Part shown: positions 26,899 to 39,800 of the stretch, piece after piece
Numbering within the stretch: the stretch's first letter is position 1
Layout: every line of letters starts with the position of its first letter
Source: Paragordius varius
Taxonomy: Eukaryota; Animalia; Nematomorpha
NCBI GenBank assembly: GCA_964247055.1
Contig: OZ176053.1
Location: forward strand, 62,001 to 126,000
DNA length: 64,000 nt
Direction of reading: 5' to 3'
Position numbers and translations under genes: made by a program
The notes under the pieces: generated by a model
The model's input: only the letters and a program-made list of their open reading frames with translations
What the model was told of the DNA's origin: nothing
Database searches by the model: none

Positions 26899-27170
26899 AT
26901 GACATCCTCGCAAAACTTCAATATATATCTACTGGTAAATTTTATTAAAAATTACCTTTGTTTGTTTTATTTTTATATTTCAATTTTTATCACCGATAAT
27001 AGGTATTAATTGCTACGTCTCTATTGATTTCACAAGTTGAAACTCGATTTTTACCCGGATTTCCAGTAAAACCCGATTTTGGAGCATTAGTCAAATTTTT
27101 CAAACCCCGTTTTAGCTTTTCTGGTATAAGCGGTTTCCCTTTGTTTGGAACACCCTTTTTTATTGGATAA
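26899..27170 (+). CDS. Secreted Phe/Pro/Gly-rich cationic peptide 2 (exons 26899-26934, 27003-27170; 67 aa)
   Basis: MTSSQNFNIYLL|VLIATSLLISQVET-RFLPGFPVKPDFGALVKFFKPRFSFSGISGFPLFGTPFFIG*. 68-nt GT-AG phase-0 intron; paralog of 21913-22418. Confidence 0.85.
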
Positions 27171-27309
27171 TTTTTTTATGATTACATGATTATTTATAAT
27201 TATTAATAAATTTTAGTATATTCCTCTTTTTATATAAAATATGTAATTGAATTATCAATAAATATCAATTTAATTGCATGATTAATTAATATTTTTAGGA
27301 TATTTTTAA

Positions 27310-27861
27310 CACTTGGATTCAAATTGGGGTATCTAAATACCCCAGACTATGTTTAAGTTAAATTTTTTAAAAAACTACTGTAAGAAACTGTCCTAATTTA
27401 AATTTATGCATCTATTTTAATCAAAATTTTATAAATAAGCTGAAATATCTAAATTAATCTTAATTTTGAAAAAAAGTTCCATATCAAACTATTTGGCCAT
27501 TTTTATTTCACAAGATTTTTGCAAAACATCGTGTTTATTTGATTTTAAAGCTAAAATAAAAACTATTCAATTAAATCACATCTAACATTGATATAAACAC
27601 AAAAAGTCGTTTGTTTTATAATATTTTTTAACTAATGCACATATGTCATCCTGACTAAATTTTTAGCTTGCGGTTTTACCTAAAACTAAGTAACAAGTAT
27701 TTTTGAATGAAGTTTTTTATATATTTCGGTTCATTGATGTTATGAATGGGGAAATTTTTGCTATGGTGATTCCATATTTCTGAATTATAATTTTAATTGG
27801 CCTGGACTATCCAATCCCAATTTGAATCCAAGGACTGAAATGAATGTGTTGTATCCAAGTG
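27310..27861 (-). mobile_element. TTAA-flanked piggyBac-like MITE, copy 2 (complete)
   Basis: ttaa|cacttggattcaaattgggg ... gtatccaagtg|ttaa, with asymmetric subterminal inverted repeats. Confidence 0.85.
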
Positions 27862-30800
27862 TTAAGATTGATTCGACTAGCTTTCGAAATTTTCACACTT
27901 GTTTTATGTTATATGCTACCTTAAGGAAACTGACATTTATGCTTAATATAGTAAAAATTAATGTCATAAAGCGTAAACACTCTTTAAGTTTGTATGCTAT
28001 TTATTAGGGAAAAAATAACGTTTTTTTTGTTTAAGTACGTGATTCCTGTCATTCAAAATTTATATTGTACTCTATCCAAATCTATTTTTGAAGTAGGTTA
28101 TTTTTGTTTTGTTAAATTTTTTGTTTCTGAGGATCGTCTGTCATGTTGTAAACAATAAGTTCAGATGGTTCACTCACGTATACTATGTTATCCAAAAAAT
28201 AATTCCATTTTATAATTTATCAAAATATTTTTTAATGCGAATTTTTTTAATTTTTTCCAAAAAATAAAACAAAATATTTTATGACAGCGAAGATAAGTAC
28301 AGTCAGTGAATACACTAAAAATTTTATTTTAACAATAACTCAAACGCTTTGAAAGTATAATTTCATATATAAGGGATATTTCTTATTCCATAAATGCGCC
28401 ATAGTCAAGGAGATCCAAACATCGTTCCCTTAAAGTATTTTCAAGGAAAGGCTTTTATTATCATATGTTTGATTTTGTGTCAAGAATTTTTAGCGCCAAC
28501 CGTGTAAAACTAGCCCTAAAGCACCCATAATATATTTTTTAAAAGCAGATTTTAGAAAGCGTATATAAAAAATATTAGGACTTGGGGGGAATCTTACCAT
28601 ATATATTTGCTTTTGCGCAAATCATGGTAAAATAACTTTTTGAATTATTCTATCAATGCAATAATACATCCAAAAATTTGGCCTTTGATTTAGTGGAAAC
28701 ATACGCTATTGAATCAAAGAAACTTTTAAAAACAGATTTAACACGAGAAATTTGTGGAATGGCTCCAAAATAAATTGAAAGAATAAAAAGTTTTGGTAAA
28801 ATAGCGACATCTGAATAGTGAAATATGTTAGCTATTGCATTTTTACAGATTATTTCAGATTATCAATCCAGTTATCTTTCGAACTAGCTGAACACAAACT
28901 GCGGTCTTCGAAGTATTTTATACGGCTGAGTAATTGATTTTTATGGGCCAAAATCTTAATGAATTGGCGTGTCAAAAAAATATAATATATTAATACATAT
29001 TTTAGTAGCTTACTCCCCGTAGCTTGCAAAAAATTTATAAAGCGCTTAAAAATATCGATCGGCTTTTAGTTTTCAAAACATATCTATCTATATCGATTAC
29101 GTCTTTTTTCGGTTCCAAATAAGAGATCCAAATCAGGTAATTAACTCAAAACTTTTTCAAATTAGGGCATCACTGGGGCAATAATGGAATTTATATGCAT
29201 AATACAAAGGGTAATAAATATATTATTTGTTTGATATGGAATCTAAGAAGTCTTATTAATATATGTATTTGCTACACTGCATCAATCGAGGATTATAAAA
29301 TAATAATTTTATAATATATATATTTTCTGATAGAAAAAAGTATCAATCATTATCATAATGCTTTTGGTTTAGGCCTTTACGAGTAATTTAAGAAAGTCAT
29401 TTACATTTTTATGGTAAGTACTCGATAACGAAAATTGGCAAAACGTGTGCATATTGTTTTAAATTTTTGGGTGAAAGATAAAGGCTTCATTCCAAAAATG
29501 TCATTAAAATATATCATAAACTACATATAATAAGCAAAGTAATATTTTTTAAATGTTTAATTTTTAAATGTGGCCTCCAAAAGTCCCAAAAATTTTAACT
29601 CCACTATTATGAATTAGTTCCTTGAAAATGAAGGCATGCTGAGATTACGCTATAAAAAATTTAAATGCATTTTTTTACTTTTTTCAATATTTAATTTTGG
29701 AAAAATAAGCGTACTTCATAAGGCATGATTGAAACAGTATGGAAACGCGTTTAGTAATCATAAATCTCCCTATATAAATCGATGATGAACATCTCTAACA
29801 TCTCAAAGTTATATTTTAAAGTTAATTTGCTTTCTAATTTCGGTAAATGTTTTTAACCCAATTTTTATTTTACATAAATTTGAAGATGAAAGAATATTCA
29901 ATCCAAATTGTAAGGTAATAGACAGCATCATGAATTAGATAGCAAAAGTGTTTTTAAAATATCCTAAAGCGTTTTTTTTACCGTTTCCATTGTCCCTCGA
30001 ACTAGTATAAGGTACACTTCAACAAAAATTTGCTAAGATTAAATTTCTAAAAAGCATGCATTTTTAAGAAATATTTTTATTTAACATAATTTTTATATCA
30101 CAATGTCGGCAATTTTGCCTTTTATTTAAGAGAAATGCCCATTTGAAAAATTTTGGATTTTCGAAGCCCACCAAAAATTAAATATTTTAAATCTTTGTTT
30201 TTCTTTTATAAGTAGCTAATAATATTTAAGAATAATTTTTAAAATTCAGCCTCTAGCTTTCATGAAAAAAAAATAATTTAAAATATGCGCAAATTTTGAT
30301 ATTATCTGACATTACTTACCACACAAGTGTGAATAACATTCTTATATCACTTGTACGGACATAATTCAAAGCACCATAATAATCCTAATACTTCCTTCAT
30401 CAGATTATATCTTTTTCGAAAAACCATCATTAAATTTTAATTTTAGATATGGGTTCTGGAGGTTAAGCGCAATCAAAAAATCGCTATTTCTTAATAAACG
30501 TCAAAATGCCGAGCTTTCGTGCAAACAATTTCCGACATACGCTAGTTATTATATTAGAAAGGCATTTATATAAATGCTTTGCTTAATTTAATTTTGGCAA
30601 TTAGCGTATTTCATAATTTTGAGGCATGGAAGTTATGAAAACACCATAATAATTATGAAAAGATTTTTTCATATAATTTGATCCTGATAGGTTTTTTTAC
30701 TAAAATTTACAAAATGAGACGCAAGGCCCAAATTTAAGCAGATTCTTGGTATTATCTCTCATTTTTATTCCATTTTATGGACTGTTTGTGTACGCTAATA

Positions 30801-30982
30801 TTACGATTTTATCGATAGCAATTAATATTAAAATGGATAAATTTATTTACTGCATAAGTTGCAAACCAAAATTTATAAAAATCTGTTAGCCCGAATTTCT
30901 AATATAATTTTTATATTTATGAGAGTATAACCATAATTGCAACCCCTGGATAATATCATATGATCTAGCCTCAAAAATTCAA

Positions 30983-33434
30983 ATGACTCAAAGAGCAGTA
31001 AAGCAAAGGCATGCTTATGATTTTGACGAAGATATGGCAATTTTAAATTACATTATAAGAAACAATAAGTTTCTTTTTGTTAATGGGATCGATTTGTGGC
31101 AAAAAATGTATTATAAAAAGGTTTCCTTATTTTTTTTTATTTACAATTGAGGTTACAACACATTCGGCACAATCTATGCGAACTCATTTTCTTAAAGTCA
31201 TAATGAAAAACATAGAGAGTTTTCCGATTTCAGATGCTCAGAAAAAGTTGTTTTTAAGTTCTGCTGGTACAAATGTTGGCCACAATACGGTATCAAGCAT
31301 AAAAAGCGAATCTGACGACACGGGTATAAGATAGTTTTTTTTATATAATCTCCCTAAAAATTGATATCATACGTTTAAACTGGACTTTTTTAAAAAGGTA
31401 GCATACCTTTTATCCTTTTTTTAAAAAAATAATCTATCGTTTTTTGGTTGCGAAATATGGAATAAAGGGATTTGTTAATAGCGTTCAATCAGTTGGTAAA
31501 GAAAATTATGCCTATAGGATAAAAAAATTTTACACTTTTGTCTTTATATTTTACGTTATTTATTAGTATCCTTAAACCAAACCAAGATTCAAAAACGTCA
31601 ACACATATATGGTAATAATCGGGAATCTAAAACAAATGGAAACAAAAAAAATCACAATTTGGATGATTCCATCGAGGAATTCGTCGAATCCTATAGAAAT
31701 GGTTAAAATTTATTTTATTTTATGAAACATTTTTTAGTATCATTAACATTTTAATTAGAGGTAATCGAATTTTGAAATTATATTTTCATATTATTATTTG
31801 GCCATATTATAAGTTTTTTTATATTAAAACACACTAAAAACGAAATTTATTTTGCGTTTTCCTTTTTTCAACTCATAAACTTCAACAAATATAACTATAT
31901 ATAAAATTGGATTTTATTTATATTTTAAATTATATTTATATAAATTTCGTTAGATGTAAAAAAGAATGTAAAAAATAAAGACCCCTTTGAATATGATAGT
32001 TTTGATAATCCACACAATCTCAATCCAGAAAATTCTGAAACACATAAAGTTATAAAAAAATCACCTGAGGAAAGATCTATTAGCCCATTAGAAACGCCTT
32101 ACATAAATGTTGACAATACTATGTTTGATAAAACCTTTAATCATCAACAAAAACGTGAGAATGTAGCGAAAAAATCTAAATATTTTGATGATCCTAAAAC
32201 ACCTGCTAATTTACTTAGGGTTCATGAAAATAATAGTCCTTCTTCTATTAATACGACAAATTCATCGGCAAACTCATCAAAGTATGCAACACCCCCGAAT
32301 GAGGAATCAATACTTTTGAATGGTAATTAATATTTTTTTGTAAAAGTTTTAAAAAAATTATCATATGTATGTTATCTTCTGGCTGCCTTAATTTAAACTT
32401 TTCAACCATAATTTATACACCTTATATAAATTAACGATCAAAAAGTATAGTGGCTTCACTCCCTTATTTAAATTTTTTTGTTTCTTGTATATTAATTTAT
32501 AGAATTTTTGGAAAGTTCTATAAAACCTAACTATAAGCCCTCCTCAAAAAATAATAATTTACCACCTCAATTAGAAGATAACACTCGCGAAGGGAATAAA
32601 AATCGTGTTGTTCGTATTTTTCGAAATCGAAATGCTTTAACTAAATCAGATTTGTGGAATGGTGAATCTTATTTAACCGGTTCCAGCACCAACACAACTG
32701 AATGGATATCTAAAAAAAGTATTTATAATCCTTAAATTTGAATGATTTTTTTACTTTACATATAGAGATTTTTTGGTCAAACTTTTTTTTTAAAAAAAGG
32801 CATTAATAGATATCTTAATTGTACGAAATAAACTTGTTTAATTTCGAAAACTATATTTAATATAACATCAAATAATAATTCTTTAAAAAAAATTTAGCCA
32901 AGAAAATTGAAATTCATACAAAAGAAAAATCTTTGGAGCCCTTATCACCGAAAAAAATTATTCAAAATGGTTTACCAGAAGCTGAAAATATCATCAATAA
33001 TATGGAGACTCTAAACAACCTTGACCACACAAATATGTATATTTTTTTATCAAGCTTATTTTCTTTGTGATAAATTAAACAAAATTTTTTATCCAAATGA
33101 TTCAAATATTGCCAAATTTAAATAATTCCAAGGCTTAAAAAGTAAAAAATTATTTAATTTCTAAATAATATTTTTTTTTCCACGCAGAACAAAAAATTGT
33201 GTAGACGAAAATAGGGTTGTAGATTACCCTTCTGATGTAAGTTCTAATTTTGTCCTCTCACCCAACATGCAGGAAACTGTCAATGAACTAATGCAAAATA
33301 CGGTGATAACGGTTAAAAAACGGTTAAAGACAAAGCAAAAATCAAAGGATAGAACGAGTAAACGAGGTATTTATTGTATTTAACTTTAATTCAAAATTTA
33401 TTTGGTTATCACAGTATAAGCACTTTGAATAGGC

Positions 33435-33466
<32 letters not shown>

Positions 33467-33812
33467 CCATTTATAATTCAATTTCATCCTTAAATTCAAA
33501 TTCACCCTTGAACAATTCAAATTCACCCTCGAACAATTCAAATTCAACCTCAAATAAAATATACGTTTTTTAAGATTAAAAATTAACTTTATTTTTTTAA
33601 TATTTTTAAAATATGAAACTCTGTTTAAAATTAATATAATGCTGAAAAAATAATTAACTCTGTAGTAAAAATTTATTTCATATCAATGTTAAGTTATATT
33701 AACCCGAAAACACTTAATTTATTTTTAGGGTGAATTTGAATTGTTCAAAGGTGAATTTAAATTGTTCAAGGGTGAATTTGAATTGTTTAAGGGTGAATTT
33801 GAATTGTAAATG

Positions 33813-33844
<32 letters not shown>

Positions 33845-36800
33845 TTGAGAACTGAATAGTGAAAGATTGTCATTTTTATAAATCAGTTTTATCAATTTTA
33901 TTACCCTATATTTATTACATAGCTTTTAGGGCTATAAAATGGGGGTAAAATGTGAACTAGATCTATAACCATTATTTCCTGATCCAATAACCTTTTGAAA
34001 AAACTTTAAAGGATAAAATAATCTGGTTGCTTTACAAAATAATTGACAGTTTTACCTTTTTACTTGCTTCTTTTCATTCATCATAAAGAAAACTCGGACA
34101 TTTTAATTTACATAAATAAATAAAGGGCTTATATCTTTTTTCTTACATTTTTGAATTAACAGCTAATGGTGACATTAACACGGTAAAAACCCTATTACCA
34201 AAAATTTCAGAGGAAAGCATTAATAAAAGTAACAATAATACGAATGCAGAAAAAAGCAATGTTTTAATAGAACCCGATTATACAAATATGCGACAAACAT
34301 TTTTTTCATCAAGTTCTGAAGATGTCTCTTCGCGCTCCTCAGAATTATCCACAGATAATGAATTAATCTTTAAAAACGCTAAAAATTCTGAGGGTGCAAA
34401 CATAAAGCCAACTCAAAAACATAAAATAAAATTGACAGAAAATTGTATTGATACTACCTTGTCTGAATCAAATATATCATCTACTAAAGACAATTTAAAC
34501 GATAAAATTCATGGTAATAATAAAAATAAAAAAAGACAACATCGACGCACAAAATCAATGGCGAAACGTAGGAAAAGGGCGCAAAATAACTTTGTTGTGG
34601 ATTCGAATGAAATACCTACCACCATATCGAATAAAACTGTTAGGTAATTATTTTATATATTTAATTTGGTTGTTATATTTAAGATCTTTTAGTGATATTT
34701 TTAATGAACGGCTTTAGAGATAAAGAACTTTATTTTTAAATACGGTTTAAATTAAAAAAACATACCAAAGATATTTTTTTTATATAATGAAAACTATAAT
34801 TTTTTTAAAATATATTCTATCGTTTTTGATTGCGAATTAAGGATATTTAAGTTGTAAACACTCAACTTTATATTCGATTTGTCCCTCTTTAGAAATAAGA
34901 TTCAAAAAATAATTTTCATCATGAAAAATATTTATCTTTATATATACCATTTACAGTTCAAATTCACTCTTAAACAATTCAAATTCACCCTCGAACAATT
35001 ATTCACCCTCGAACAATTTAAATTCACCCTAAAATTGATTATGTGTTTTTTTAATATTAATATTATTTTATAATATTTTTAAAATATGAAATTCTGTTAA
35101 AATTAATATAATGCTGAAAAAATAATAAACTATGTCGTAAGAATATATTTCATATTAATGATGAGTTATATTATCCCGAAAACACATAATTTATGTTTAG
35201 GGTGAATTTGAATTGCTCTAGGGTGAATTTGAATTGTTTAAGGGTGAATTTGAATTGCTCTAGAGTGAATTTGAATTGTTAAGGGTGAATTTGAATTGCT
35301 CTAGAGTGTGTTTAAGGGTAAATTTGAATTGTAAATGGTATATACTTCTTTGCGTATTTTTCAGTTTAACTGTATTTTGTTTTGGTTAAATATTTTTTTA
35401 GCTTTTTCCGGCTTTTATCTACCACACCCCTGACTGACTTGGAAACGCTCTTGCTAAAAAAATCAAAAAACTCTTCAGATAATTCAGAATTAAATGAAAA
35501 TCGTAATGATGAAAATAAACGGAAAAAAATTCTAGAAGCTTTTGAAAATTTAAGTTCTTTGCCTACATCATCAACCATATCATCTGCTGATAAAACGAGC
35601 CATATTAATAATGATGACGTTAAATATAGTTATAAAAATACTTCCTCTTGCCCTTTAACCAATATTACGCCTCTTAAAGAAAAGGAATTGATTAATAATG
35701 CGCAAAATATCAGCGACGAAAAAAATTTAATCAATCTTAACATTAAACTTTCGTCGCCCGATGCTTTGCTGGTATCAGAGACGACTAACAATAATTTGGT
35801 ATCTCCTTGCTTTCGGTTAACCCGTAGTCAAACTCATGATGGGACTAAAAATTTAACGTAAAACATTTTCATACTTTTTTTTATTTTTGAATGTTAAAGC
35901 AAAAAAAAATATTGATGGATTTTTGGTTACTTTTTTATCCAAAATATTATTATTAATTACTATTAGAAAATACATATAAGCGCCTTTTTTTAATGAGTAT
36001 ATTGCTTGAATTCAAGAACTTAAAATAATGAAAGATGCATTATAATTATTTAAAAAAACTATAATAACCTATACATTATACCAGGGGTGTTAGTAACGCG
36101 GCCCTTCAATAATTTATATGCGGCTCGCAATTTGTAGTTTGCAAAAATAGGCTCAAAAAATTTTATTAAAATTGATATTTTTAATAAAATAATATTTTTC
36201 ACAAAATCATTCAATTTGCAACGAACTAAAAAAAATTGTTATACTGTGTTTGCATTATGTCAGTCCCTTTTGTTGAAAATCTATGAAGGCCCATATATAT
36301 TTATATATATGGATGGATAATATTAGGACTCCAGATTCGGAGTTTTTTGTCCACGAAGTAATTCCCGCCATAAATTACGATCTTTAAATTGTTCTGTGGA
36401 AAGGCTACGTTGATTTGTGTCCATTCTCTTTTTCCATCAACCTTAAAATTTTCAACAATTTTTAAAGGCTGGGTGGCGTCTCTTTTTTGATTATGACCGT
36501 AAAAACGCAATCTATTAGTTTGCATGATATAATCGATTTTATCGGTTTTTTTTAATGAAAGTTGTTGGTATTTCTGGTGTACGAAAACAGCTTTTGAGTA
36601 TTCGGCTCTCACCAAGTTTCAGAACCATATAGGTAAGAGCTGGTCTTATTCCTGCTTTGTAAAGATACCATTTATTATTATTGTTTACATTTCTGTTTTG
36701 TAGAACATATTTTAACTGATTAAATTTTATTCAACCTTGTTGTATTTTTCTTTTAATAGCCTTTTGTAGGCTGCCCTGAGATGATATTATATTGACTAGG

Positions 36801-39800
36801 TAAACAACGAAGTCTAATTCGATATTAGTTAAGTATCTTTAGTGGACTAAAATTATTATTACTTGGGTCTAAACAATTTAAACATTTAAGATCAACTGGT
36901 AAAAAACTATGAAAATGCCTAGAACAATATTGAATGATTATAAACCCGACAAAAACAAAAATAATGCGAACGGGTGAAAGTGAAACATTCAGATACCCCT
37001 GCTCTATTTGCAGGAAGGAAGTACGTTCGAATTTCATTAAATGCATATCGTGTCAAATGTGGGTACACAAAAAGTGCTCTAACCAAAAGGCAAGTTAACA
37101 AATGCCAATAAATTTTAAATGTTTAAATTGTTTAGATCCCAGTAATAATATTTTTAGTCCACTAAAGTTACTTAACATTGATAGTCATAATATTTATATT
37201 TATATATGTATATTTCAAATGCGGCCTGCCAGGTTTTTTTGACAAAAAAATGCTGCCCGCGATCCCTGTATTATACTATTATAGCATATAGGAAATTCCC
37301 TATTTTGTCATTTAATATATTTTCTTTTAGCCGATGTCTATTTTTTTTACTTACGCTTTGTTTCTTAAGGGTTAACTTTGTTTGGGAATTTAAATTGAAA
37401 TAATTTTATAATTTTTTATGCTTAATATATCATATTAGAGCTATTCCAAACCTTAACCATATGATTGATAGCCATTATAATTTACGAGACCGAAAACAGC
37501 GTAAATTTTTCATTATTTTTTTGCTTGAATTTTAAGTTTTTTTTAGTTTTTACCTTAACGATTAATTATATATATTATTAATTTTATAAGAGTAAATTTT
37601 AATATGATTTGTATATAAAAAGGGGAGAAATTAATTGAAATATATGAATATTTTAGGTTACGTTTATAAAACGCCAGAAAAGACTATGTCGCCGTGTCAT
37701 GTTGGACAAACCATATACAATCATTTTGTTAAAAGTAATATTTATAAAAAAAAATTATAAATTTTATTGAAACAATACAATTAAAATTAAAACTTTCTTT
37801 TGAAATAATGCAGGATTTCTGAAACGAATTCGCTAAAAATTAAATTAAAATAGAAATAATATACAGTAAAAATGCAAAAAAACCTGTTAAAAATATCTTA
37901 TTTTTATTTAAACATGTTTAATTTTGGACAGAAAATAATAAATTAGTATTATGCCCTCATTTAAATACCCAAAATATTATACAAACATATTAAATTAATT
38001 CTCCAATAAAGTATATCCACACAAATAACCCCCCCCCCCCTGCTCAAAAAATAATTGTGAATTATAATTTTTTTCCATAGATGAATACATGACCATATCC
38101 AATATCATTGAGGTGCACAATGGAGAAATTCCAAATAAAACAACTCAATCGCTTCAAGTTTCACCTTGTAAAACCTCTGTTAGAAACAAAGATTATGTTT
38201 TACATATGAATATTGATAATGTAAATAGATTAGATCATATCGCTACCCCGATGTAATATATTTTTATTTTATATTTATTTAAATTAAGGCTTTTTAAACT
38301 ACTTTCGTGTTTTTTTTCTTATCCATAAACTATAATTTATAATTTTATTGCTACATTAAACCTAAAATTTTTGAAAAAATTACGATTGATTTATCTAATA
38401 TTGTTATATAACAGGATATCAAAATGTCTGATAATTAAAAATATTATACATAATATATTTCTGGATCACTTAAGGAGTTAGAGGATAATAAAGGCCCGTA
38501 AAAATCAAAATATTTATTTATTTTTTTCAAATTTTTGAATTATTTTACAATATATTCAAAATTAGCCGCATAATATGTGAAATCAGTATCTTGCATTTTT
38601 TTTCGCTTTTTTAACTTTTTTTCATTTTTTTAACTTTACTGGGAAACTTTTTTTAAGCTAACCAAGTTTTATAATATATATTTTAAACTTTTTTTTTCCA
38701 TATTTTTATTCGATCAAAATTGCATATTAAATTTCCCAGAAAAAATGGTGATAGTTTACGTCGAAGTACAAGATTACAGCAGGACAACACAACTCAAAAT
38801 CGATATATAAAAGTGTTGTCACCATATCAGCTTAGATCAAAAACTATTTGTTCCAATAATGAAAAATATCATCAAACCATACGCGTTGGAGATAATAAAA
38901 CGATAGAAAATTTAAATCACGTTGTTAACAAATTGGAAAAACATATTATTGGCAATTCGCCTCATAGCTTAAATAATTTTGAAAACAACTGTTTAACAAA
39001 TACTGGCAAAAACAGTAAAGTCCAGCAAAGTTTAGATAAGCAACTTCGAAATATTTACCCCAATTTATTTATTGGTATATGCAAACTTTTAATGTATTGC
39101 ATGTTTTTATGATTAATTTATTTTTAAGTATAAAAGTAAAAATAAAATTAATACATGTTTTTGTATAAAATTTGTTTAAAACTAAAATTTTTGAATAATA
39201 AAAATTCAAATAATTGGAAATTTTTTTCCAGTTTACGTAATATTTTTTGTTTAGATGAATCGGAAAAACAATCGGGACCTACTCAACAAGCTCAAAAAGC
39301 AGCCCCTAAATTGATTCAAACAATTAAAAAATTAAGCAGCACCGAAAAAACGGAAATTTTATTGGTAATTTTTATGATTCAATTATTGAAATAATATTTT
39401 TTAAAATTATTGAGTTAAAACCCCCCAAAAATACAATTTTTTGAACAGCGATGCTTTTTTAAACCTTGATTTTTTATGCTATAAACTATGATAAAAAATG
39501 TGAAATATATTAGTTGAAAATGTGTGTTAACAATTTATATCTCTATACATTATTTTGCAACCCAAAGAGGTAACATTAAAAGAATAATGATTTTAAAAAG
39601 TATGGTTGTCAGAGTTTTTTCAAAAAAATGATTGTCTTTTTTAATTTATATATATATTTTACAGTAAAAATCGAAATTATACGGACAAAACGTAAAAAGA
39701 CATTTATTCTTTTCTAAAAGACAACCAGTTTTAAATCTTGATAATTTTGAATATGACTCATTGTTTAAATTTGCAAAGTAAGAAATAGAGTTGTTTATTG

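Noticed and set aside
28380-29500. Slightly GC-richer stretch with short open frames upstream of the Rap1-like gene
   Set aside because: Frequent stops, no identifiable domain and no consistent exon chain. It may be decayed TE sequence.
33480-33810. 21-bp repeats resembling a CRISPR array
   Set aside because: The units are contiguous without unique spacers, occur as inverted arms of a dispersed MITE, and there are no cas genes in this eukaryotic context.
35820-35862. Possible non-canonical GG/GA splice donors (here and at 11381)
   Set aside because: A canonical phase-1 GT donor exists nearby (ACC C|gtagtc), and a missed micro-exon or assembly indel is equally plausible. Two ambiguous sites are not enough.
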